A DNA stretch of 64,000 nucleotides, from the NCBI RefSeq assembly GCF_036321535.1, contig NC_087453.1, positions 40,734,001-40,798,000 of the forward strand. The letters run 5' to 3'. This document shows positions 21,541-31,260 of this stretch, in pieces. Within the stretch, counting starts at the first letter, position 1. Every line of letters begins with the position of its first letter. The position numbers and the translations under genes are program-made. The notes beneath the pieces are model-generated. The model saw nothing but the letters and a program-made list of their open reading frames with translations. It was not told the origin of the DNA and ran no database searches. This stretch comes from Camelus dromedarius. Lineage: Eukaryota.

Positions 21541-24500
21541 AAGTGCACAGGAAACTTTTATGTTTAATTATGTATAATTATTAGCAGAGTTACCGGAAGA
21601 ACTAGCCTAGGAAAACACTTAGTTTTAGGTTCTACTCACTTGGCTCTTCCAGGAAAGTGGTTAACTGTTACAAATCAGCGAGAAACAGCATCAGTACATG
21701 GGAAGGTCAAGCCTGTGATTGACATTTGGTATATCTGCCAAGACTGTTTTAGGTATGCTGCACATCTTTTCCCTATTTTTCAAAACCATTGTTTAAGTGG
21801 TAGTGTCCGGATGAAATAAGCAGAGAGGAAGAGGTTCAAAGAGCTTGACCTGGGAATCGTGTCCTGCCTTGCCTGACTGAAAACCGATGAATTGATACGG
21901 AGGTCCTTTCCCATTGATTTAGTCTGTGTTCAAAGGTCCAAGCTCAATTTATTGTTTAACCTCATTAAAATAAAGTGATAATTCTATGGGTTTGGAATAT
22001 GTTATGGTGGAGACCGCTAGCCTCAGTGCTTACAACTCGCATGTAAATGTGTTAAGAGGGGAAATACTGATATGTGCTTCCTCCGTGTTCAAACCGTTCA
22101 GACTTTATGGTGAATAATAAAGCTTTACAACTTGCTCTTCACAAATAGGATGCTAGGGACTTGCAGCAACACGAGAAATCTATTTACTGTTTTGCGTCAG
22201 AGTGATCTGGGCTGCCTCCCCCTTTATAGACCCCCCAGAGCTAACTGTTGCCTGGGGTGGAGAAGGAAATAACGTGATAGTCAGTGGTTAGAGAATATTA
22301 ATTTCACATGAATAGAATTTCCTTTTATTACAAGGAAGGTAATTATCTGACCACTGGGCAATGGAGCAGCATTCACTGCTAACCTCAATTTTGCCAGATG
22401 GGTGGAAGCATAACCCACCCCTTTGGGCCTTTAGGACTTCTGACATAAGGATTTTAAAATACAGTTACAGTTTCTTGCTTAGGAATCACCTCTGCTTTCA
22501 GCCTTTGTAATTGCAGCCGTGGTCCTGAGCCCACGTGATCCATCTGGTAGGAAAAAAAAAAAGTTGAAGTGATTTGGGGAAGAGAATAAAATATATAATT
22601 GTTACACTAACATCCTCTCCGGCTTGGCAAGAACTGCATAGTCATATAGGCACCCTCCCACCTCCTCTTCCCAAGATCCACCTGAAGAACAGAGGACCAA
22701 CTGATGAGGCCTCTCCCTTAGCCCCACTTGTACGAAATGTGAGCACACACTCATGAAGGCATTTAAGCCTTTCTGTCCCCCTGTTTGAGACAACCAGTGT
22801 TTCAATAGCCCATTCCGGTTCTGTACTAAACCACTGCTCTGGGGAAGATATCTCCCTGCCCATGATTAGATGTTATAGTCTGTAAAGTGCGGTCCTTGGC
22901 CTGAAGAAATGTGACTCAGGAGTCCAAACTGGAGCACCGTCTTCTGTTCCAGCTCTTGTGCAGCCCTCCGAGCATCTCCCTCTGGGGAAGCAGCACCCAG
23001 CTCAGAATCAGTGTCTGTTTCTGTCAAGGCCCATTTGTCTCCCGCTGCCCTGCACCCCACACCTCGGGATCCCTGCATCCATGTTACTTGCCAGCTGTGT
23101 TTGGAACCATCTTCCAGGGAATCTGCCCTAGGACCATCTGCAGTCTGCTCCTTTTATTGGCAGACAGAACAATTTATTGGCATTTTGTGGCTCAGAGGGT
23201 GCAAGAGGGTCTCTGCATTGCCTCAGATACACCCATATTTGCTTATTTCATGGACCCAGGTCGCCACCTTAAGCAAATACAAGGGGAAATCTGCTTCTCA
23301 ATTCCAACCACTTCCAAACCTGGAAGGGGCTTCTTCTGATGGGCGTCGATATGTCTTAGTTTAATGCACCCCTCAGATTCCCATAGTGATGGGCATCCCT
23401 TTAATAGGTCAGGTTACCATTGCCCTCCTGACCGGGCGCTAGGCCATTGGCTGTTGCCCATGAATTGGTAAAAGCGGAACTGTATAGATTTTGATCATAA
23501 AGCAACACGCAAGTCAGTCCACCAAGCTGATTCATTTGTACCTTTTTCTATCAGAGTGGTGGCCTTTCAATCATGATGTTGTTTGTTCACCTAGAAACTG
23601 CTGTCCACAAACCAATCTGCTCTTTGCTGGTTAGCTGAGAACAGTTTATAGGCTGCCGTTCAAGTGATGATAGAATCTGGCAGCTCCTCATTCAGTTGTC
23701 AAGCTAATCCTGGGGCAAAGAGGCTCCCTGCTCGTGAATATCTCCTCCCTGCGTTCCTCCTCCAGCCTGTGCCTGTGCAGTCCATTCCTCTTTACTAGGG
23801 AGCTCCTCTGGGCACTGCCTTCCCCGTTAGAATGTTTCATTCAAGAGCATTCATGGGTGTTTCAGGTTTCAAGATTATCATACGTCCTTCAGTCATCGGG
23901 GAGGTTTCAATCAATGTCTAAATAGCAAGCTAGTAATTTTCCCTCAAAGGAAGATTCTCTTTTCCAGAGCCCCTGCTGTCTCTGGAAGGCATCCACCAGC
24001 TTTTGCTGTAAGCTCCAGTCTGTGCTCCACTTCGGGATATTTTATAGGGAATTTGTCCTCCTCAGGGCACTGGGTGGGCTCAGGAAATCGTCTCCATTCC
24101 CATGTGTAGGTCCAGTTAATACTGCTTGCAGGGCAGGTTTATATGCCTTCCACTGTATACTAGGTGGAGAACATTCCTCGGACGGATACCATGCCCATCC
24201 CCATGGTACATTCAGGTGAAAGGCACACAGCCATTTCACATAAAGCCTGTTCAAACGTAGCAGTTCTCATCCAGACTGTCACCTTAGTACTGCCAGCCCT
24301 TCCGTTCCTAACGGTAGCCTCCATTAGGGCTTCATTAACAAGATTTGGTTTCACAGTACTAGGTAGAGGGGAGTGTTCCCCAGCCAGACACAATATAACC
24401 TTCCCCATAAAACATTCAAGTCAAGACACAACCTTTTACATAAATTCTGTTTAAATATCCCAACTTTTACAATCCTATCAACCCTTACATTTTTATATTC

Positions 24501-25126
24501 TCTAAACCGAATGGTAATCTACTTCAGAGCTTTGCCAGTGGGTTTTGGTACCGCAGTGCTTGTGGCTTCGTAAAGGAGTTCCAGTAACTTGTCTTCTCCA
24601 CCCTCTGAGGAGTTTACCCACTCATGTACATAAGGTGTGGGTCCCCGGCAAAGAGGTGACACGGAGGACCTCAGCTTTTCTGTCATTCTTTCTTTTGACT
24701 AATCTGCCTGACTATTAATAGCCCCATGTCATTTCATATCTGATTTCTTATCGTAATCTTTGCTTTCTGGTTTTTTTTTTTTAAATCCCTCCAAACTGGG
24801 GGACATAGACCAGACTTGTATGGGGCCCTTTACTGTTGGAGGGCCAGCAGGGAGTCCCTCCGGTCCACCCAACCTCCAGCAGTGCATTAGTAAGACTTTA
24901 ATGTCAACCCTATCAACGTCCATTTTATTTATCCCATTTCTTAATAACCATCTAGAAATGTCCACCCTGCTGGGTTGAGTCCTGTGATTCCCCCCTTTCC
25001 TTTTTCCTCTTGGTTTCACCACCATCAATGTTTGCTGTGTCCACCCCATTTCTAAACTGTTTAAAAATTTCTGTCCTGTTAGAAGTCCCTTGACTCTCCT
25101 CTCTTATTAATTAATCCAGTATTTTT

Positions 25127-25454
25127 TGGTAATTTTTTTAATTGACATGTAACTTTATATTAGTTTCAAGTGTACAACATAATGATTTAACGTTTGTATA
25201 TATTTCAAAATAATCACCACAGCAATTAAGTCTAGTTAATATCCATGACCACGTAGTTACAGTTTTTTTTCCTTGTGATGAAAACTCTTAAGATCTGCTC
25301 TCTTAGCAACTTTCAGATACACAATATAGCATTGTTAGCTATGCTCACCACACTGTGTCTTCTTTACTTTATAACTGGAAGTTTGTACCCTTTGACTCTT
25401 TTCACCCATTTTGCTCACCCCTATTCCTTGCCTGTGAGAAATAAAAATCGGTTC
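25127..25454 (-). mobile_element. 5'-truncated L1 3' end (L1MA/Laurasiatherian type) inserted in ERV gag
   Basis: ATTAGTTTCAAGTGTACAACATAATGATT...CTCTCTTAGCAACTTTCA...TTTATAACTGGAAGTTTGTACCCTTTGAC; 11-bp TSD CCAGTATTTTT at 25116-25126 and 25455-25465. Confidence 0.88.
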
Positions 25455-26523
25455 CCAGTATTTTTATTTGCATCTGTAAGACCCACAAGGGGAAGCTGAG
25501 ACAACAAATTCAATCAGGCTTCTCAAACTCTTGCTTGATTTTGTAGTAGTAAGATCCCATGGGGTGTCTACGCAAAAGGCTCCCGCTTAACCATAGCATT
25601 TACCATGACCTAGGAATGGATGTATTCAGTGGGTAAATATCCCAGTTATCATAAAGCCAGTGCTCCATGGCTTATATGTGAAACAGATAAACTGCTTTAT
25701 CTGAGTGTTCCACTTGGCGTTTATAGGGAGATTGGACATCCTCCTTCTCAGGGTAAACAGACCTTACAGTAGATCTCATCCAATCCATCACATAGCTGTT
25801 CCCTTGGGAATAACTTGCTGTTTGTCTGGATCATATGTAACCATCTATGATTGTTCCATAGTGAGCAGTGAGTCGTGAAGCAACCCAGACAGGCTCTTCT
25901 GCTCTGCAGCATTCAAAACCAAAGACAGTTCCCCTAAATTAGCCACTCTCGCAAACTATTTTAGAAAAGGTTCTTCAGGAAGCTAATGACAGAGACTCAC
26001 AAACAGACAACCCCGTCATAGCGGACCCTCTGCTTTCAGTAGTTTCTTGGTCCTTCCCCCTCACCCTTACACTGACTACCGTCTTGGTGACCAGAGGTAC
26101 CTTCTGTTGTCTTGGTGTCATTGTTCCCTTTTTTAGGCTTCTTTGTGGCCCAGACTCAGGCTGAACAAAATTTGAGCATGCTCTAGCATCAAGGCCCAAC
26201 CCAGCACTTACTTTTACTTTGTTTTTAACTATAACAGATAACAGTAAACAAAGAATTGCATGTCTAGCATGGTTCTTCATATTTTGCATTTCCTTAGGTA
26301 TCCAATGAGCCAACTTCTCGGGCATCAGATCTACCACCATTTCCAAATTCCACTGGCAACTTTTAACTTTAATAACTGATCGCGATGCACCTGCAGATTC
26401 ATACCATGTGACTAGGTAGCCATCCAGGGATCAAAGGTTCCTCATTACAAACCTCTCATCTTTTCTCTTCCCAAACCACATGTTTCCGTGAACCAGGGTG
26501 AGCCTGGTAATCCCCACTTTGGA

Positions 26524-26538
26524 CACTTCTGACATCAA
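26524..26538 (-). promoter_or_regulatory. Primer-binding site, tRNA-Leu type (degenerate)
   Basis: Minus strand TTGATGTCAGAAGTG directly after the LTR versus Leu PBS TGGTGTCAGAAGTGGGAT. Confidence 0.75.
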
Positions 26539-27392
26539 TTCTAAACTGTTTTTACTCACAACTTTTCTGAAACCGAGTGTGTGTTTTATCACACCAGCCA
26601 ATACTCCAACTCTTTGGGCACCAACTGTATGTCCTACAATTCAATTCTGACCTTATCTACCTGGAGTTAGTGTCAGATGCCACAAGTTAAGGGCTTAGTC
26701 CCGCAAGACCATGACCCCTTCAGATGCCAGTCAAAAGTCCCAGCTTGTCACCAGTACTTCTCACCGACCAGCTGTAGATTGAGGGTTCCCATATCCCCTT
26801 CCTCAGGTTTGACAATTTGCTAGAATGGCTCACAGAATTCAGGGAAACCCTTTACCTGCTATCACTGTTTTTTTAATAAAGGACAGAATTCAGGAATAGT
26901 CAAATGGAAGGAGTGCAGTGAGGGAGATATGGGAATGCCTGGAGCTTCCCTGCTCCCTCAGGGCACACCACCCTCCCGGCACCGATGTGGGCAACCTTGT
27001 TGCGTAAGGGTTCATTGTGTGGGCGTGATTGATTAGGTCAGTGGCCATTGGTGATTCACTCCTTCTTCAGCCCCTCTCCCCTCCATGGAGGTTGGAGGGT
27101 GAGGCTGAAGGTTCTAATCCTCTAATCACATGGTTCCTCTGGTAAGCAGCCCCCATCCCGAAGCTACCTGAGGGCCACCTCATTAGCACGTACTCGGGTA
27201 TGATTAAATGCAGCTTGTTATGAACAGCAAGGGACACGCCTGTCCCCACTTTCACTCAGGAAGTCCCTGGGGTTTTAGAAGTTCTGTGTCAGGAACCTGA
27301 GGGAAAAGACCAAACATACAGATACATATGTGAATATGTATATATATATATATATATATCTATCTATCTGTATTACAGTAATCAGTCTCACA
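26539..27392 (-). mobile_element. 5' LTR, MER21 family (ERVL)
   Basis: CCAACT..GTCCTACAATTCAATTCTGAC...CTGGAGTTAGTGTCAGA, GGCCATTGGTGAT..CTTCAGCCCCTCTCCCCTCC, CCCCCATCCCGAAGCTACCT and AAGACCAAA-(TA)n-CACA match reverse-complemented MER21. Confidence 0.8.
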
Positions 27393-29189
27393 ACTTGAAA
27401 TGTATTTGTGTAGAAATATTCTGAAGCACATATAATATGTATTCCCATAACAACAAGAAAACTAATTTCTTTCCCACAGTTTTACCACAAACAGTATCCA
27501 GCTTTACCACAGAACTTTACATCTAGAAGTTGGGGTTAACTTCTCCTTATATTAAAAGACCATTATGGGTATTCTTTGAGAGATGAGATTTAACCGTGAC
27601 CTTTTGTGTGTTTAGTAATATATACTTGTACACTAGTTTGAAGGAAATTCATGTTTAGTGTGTTATATTCAGGTAAGGGTCCTACATGCTGTCAAGCCAG
27701 GTGCCCCATAGCATTAATTTGCATGATATTATAAACTGAGTTCTATAGAATTATTTCCAAAATTTTAAAGAGTGGATATTTTAGATCATAATTGAATATC
27801 TAACATAAGGTAAAATAAAAGCTCTATTTGTGAAGCTAAATATCACTTAGCTATTCGATTATTCTTGGATGTCGATGTGTGAGCTTGTTCTTTTACAGCT
27901 AGACCATATGGCGTTCATTTATTTTTCTGTGATAGATGTGTCCGATAGCCAAAACCTTTGCTTAGTGCCTTGGGGGAGAGGGGGCCTGTGACATGTGCAT
28001 TTATTTTATTCCATTGTATCCACATGTTGTACAAAATCCATTTAAATAGGGGAACTAAATTGCTTGCAGTAGTGAGATCCGTTTCTCTCAGTGAATGTTG
28101 GTACTTTTTGATGCTTGCTGATTTGGGCTCTGACACAGGCATGATCTACGATCCAAACGTATGCATTTAGTTTTAAAAACAGACACTGGCACTGCTGGAG
28201 CTGAGGGAGTGAGCTGGGTCATCAAAGCAATCGCTCCTTCTTCCTCTTTGGGGAAAGGGCTTATCACGGGCGCCCTGGAGTCCACTGTCTCCAACCTTAG
28301 AGTGGCCAGTGAAGAAAACTAGGTTTTGTAGCATGGTGAAACTTGGAGACCCTGGCTCACCCTTCTTACTACCTTTTCACAAGAGAATGCTGTAGTCCTG
28401 AGGCCTACAGTTTAAAAGATGAGCAGAAGATGTGCTGAAACACCGATGTTAAAAAAAATGTACAAAAATAACAGTAGAAAATAACATCGCTAGTTTTCCC
28501 TTTGCAATGGGCAAAACAGAAAGTACACAAAGGATGATTTCTTTGCCCACAGAGCACTCAGGTTTCTCTCCTGTACTTTGTGTCTCTGCATGCCATTGGT
28601 ATCTGCATGTATTTTGTAGATACTTTCTACCTCTGACTCCCTGATAATTCAGATACACGGCTTACATGATTATTCACCTTCACTTACTTTCATTCCATCT
28701 TGACTAGTCCAAACGGAAGGTTTTGGAATGTCTTGTTTGTTCTCCATGTCAACTCCTGAGCATCTATACTTGTAAAAAGTGACATTCGATACCTTTGGTC
28801 CAAACACCTCCAGGTTTGCCTCATAGGTGATGCCACTTGACTGAAAAGTCCTCTTGGTAATCCAGTAATTAAACCCTTCTAGCTGGGACCCAGGGGGACC
28901 CTCCTGAGCTGCACTGCACAGTAAATGACATTATAATGACGTTTTAACTTATCAGTTAAATGAATGAATGGAAACTTTGCCGATGTAGTTCATCAGTATT
29001 TTACGTGATAAAGCAAGACTTGGTGCTGCAGATGAGACCCAGTGCAATCTTCTCTTCTTCTAACTAATTATCATATCAGAGTATTAAAGGTAGTTTAACT
29101 ATAAGGAGAAATACTCTTGTAAAGTCGAGGATGTCTAAGGAAGCAGGGTGACCACTTCTGTTTCTGACGGTGTAGCCTGTGTGGCAGAC

Positions 29190-29390
29190 TTCTGCAATAT
29201 CGCCTTATTTTTATCTTCAAAACAACCCCATGTGGTAGGGTCTGCTTATCCCTGTTTTGTTAGTGAGACAAATCAGGCACAGAGAGGTTAAATAACGTCC
29301 CTGACATCCCACAGCTAATAAGAGTAGAGCGAGGAATCATGCTGAGCTAGTCGCTGAGCTAGTCCATCTCCATAGCTCTGCACTTGAAAA
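29190..29390 (-). mobile_element. MIR SINE
   Basis: AACAACCCCATGTGGTAGG...TCAGGCACAGAGAGGTTAAATAAC. Confidence 0.75.
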
Positions 29391-29526
29391 CAAGATTTCA
29401 TCTCATCCTTGGGCATAAACATTTGCTTTATAGATGAATTAATTTCACTGATATTGCTTCTCTTTGATTTCTTTTCTTTTTTTTTGTGAAAGTTGATGAG
29501 GGCATTTAGAAAGCTTCATTTTCTTA

Positions 29527-29662
29527 GGAGGAGAGTATAGTTCAAGTGGTATAGCACATGCTTAGCATGTATGAGGTCCAGGCTCAATCCCCAGTACCTC
29601 CTCTCAGAATAAATAAATCAACCTGATTACCTCCACCCACCAAAAAAAAAAAAAAAAAAAAA
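29527..29662 (+). mobile_element. Camelid tRNA-derived SINE (Vic-1 type)
   Basis: GGAGGAGAGTATAGTTCAAGTGGTATAGCACATGCTTAGCATGTATGAGGTCC..CTCAATCCCCAGTACCTCC...AATAAATAAATCAACCTGATTACCTCC plus A21 tail. Confidence 0.92.
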
Positions 29663-29684
29663 CCAACTTATTTTTTTAACCGTG

Positions 29685-30870
29685 AAACATGTTTAAACTC
29701 AGAAAAGTCCTGAGAAAAATAATAAATGCTCATGCATCACCAAGAATCTTAAAAAGATTAACATTTTATCTTCTTTACCTTCACTTTTTGTTTTTCAAGC
29801 AAAAGAATACGACATTTTTGACAATATTTTCTCCTCAATCCCACCCCTTCTTTTCTCCTTCCCATTCCTTGCCCAGAACAACCACTCTTAAAAGCCAGAT
29901 ATAAACCCTTCTAGACTCTGATTCTGTATTTCTTCCACAGATACAGAAATAGAGATTTCCTCTGCTACCCTGAAGTAGAACATTCCTATGAAAACTTTCA
30001 TAAACCAAAACGGTGTAAAGCAAAGAACCAGTTACCTTTTTTTTTTTTTTGTAAAAGTGGAAATCCTCTTCAGATTTCTTTCCTTTAGTGAAAACAGGTA
30101 CTCGTGTATGTTTTTCATAAAAGCTAAGTGGCCTAAAATGAACTTTCAAAAAGCAGGGGATACCTGCATCCTTAAACCATATACCCTATGGTTTTGTGTG
30201 TTCATGCTGTGTAGACCCTGCCGTTTCTTAGCCTTTTCACCTGACATTGTTTTTTAAAAAATTTTTTAATTGAAGTATAATTGAATACAGTGTTGTGTTA
30301 GTTTCTGGTGTACAGCATGGTGATTCAGTCATACATAAATGTTCTTTTTCATAGTCTTTGTCATTATAGGCTATTACAGAATATCAAATACAGTTCCCTG
30401 TGCTATACAGTAGGACCTTGTTGGTTATCTATTTTGTTTGTAGTAGTTTGTAGTAGTTTATATCTGCTAATTCGGAACTCCTAATTTATCCCTCCCCACT
30501 TTCCCCTTTGGTAACCATAAGTTTGTTTTCTGTGTCCATAGGTCTGTTTCTGTTTTGTAAATAAGTTCATTTGTGTCATTTCTTTAGATTCCACATATAA
30601 GTGATATCACATGATATTTGTCTTTCTCTGTCTTACTTCACTTAGCATGATAATCTCTAGGTCCATCCACCCGACACGTTTTGAAACCTCTCCATAACGC
30701 TTTATTTACCTAGCTGCAGTTCACCACCAGGTGATGTATTTAATTCTGTCTTCTAGATATGCCATATTTTCTATGTTCATTTTCCTGTCAGTGGGTGATT
30801 AGGTTGTTTCCAGTATTCTCCTGCTATAAACAAAGCTGAAACGAACATTTTTCAGTATATATCGCTCCAC
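29685..30870 (-). mobile_element. Old L1 (L1MC/ME-like) 3' fragment, interrupted by a younger L1
   Basis: AAACATGTTTAAACTCAGAAAAG... and ATTTTCCTGTCAGTGGGTGATTAGGTTGTTTCCAG...GCTATAAACAAAGCTG antisense L1 motifs. Confidence 0.55.
30251..30669 (-). mobile_element. Younger 5'-truncated L1 3' end (artiodactyl/camelid type)
   Basis: AATTGAAGTATAATTG...GTTTCTGGTGTACAGCATGGTGATTCAG...CCCTGTGCTATACAGTAGGACCTTG...GATTCCACATATAAGTGATATC; degenerate ~15-bp TSD. Confidence 0.9.
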
Positions 30871-31114
30871 ATACACCAAGTAGGCTTGCTGGCTGGGAGG
30901 GGCTGTACGGTGAAGTCCAGCAGTGAGCACAGAACAGCAGCAGATGGGGAAGGGAGCCCTTCAGAACTACATTTGAGAATTAAAGGACAGAATCAGCAAG
31001 AACGTTTACCATGGTTGCAAGACAACAGTTAACGGTGACCTTTACTGCTGACAGATCGTCTGTGCCCCTGCTTTAGGAGGTCCCTAAAAACCCATGTTAG
31101 GCTTCTGTGAGGTT

Positions 31115-31260
31115 TATAAAGAGAACTCTGAGCTAAGAGGCAGGAGACCTGAATTTTCTCCCCAGCTGTGCTCTAACCTAGATTTGTGCAAAAAAACACT
31201 ATACATTAGTGGACTCTGAATCTCAGTTTTCTCATCTGAAGATGAGGGATTTTTAGTAGT
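31115..31260 (+). mobile_element. MIR SINE
   Basis: TCTGAATCTCAGTTTTCTCATCTGAAGATGAGG core. Confidence 0.65.

Larger units (their letters stand above)
22330..26538 (-). mobile_element. ERV-L-class internal region (MER21-int-like): degenerate gag, pro, RNase H, integrase, dUTPase-like; RT core absent
   Basis: Minus-strand translations: gag PEEPFLK*FARVANLGELSLVLNAAE and RVDISRWLLRNGINKMDVD; pro ECTMGMGMVSVRGMF; connection FEGKLLACY; RNase H ADWFVDSS and FTNSWATANGLA; IN CSVCQ, SWQVTW, KWALTETDT, SHISSGQGPHFT, PQSSGLVQNRNGLLKHWL; dUTPase-like EVIPKQETVTV and HLAKLRLAVNAA. All are collinear with ERV-L polyproteins as I recall them. Confidence 0.9.

Noticed and set aside
22790-22860. MER20/MER5-like CAGTGGTT start on the minus strand
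   Set aside because: The same bases translate in frame as the integrase PQSSGLVQNRNG motif, so they belong to the ERV.
29527-29600. tRNA-like sequence (also 2040-2113)
   Set aside because: SINE heads with A-rich tails (a clear TSD at the 2000-2113 copy), not tRNA genes.
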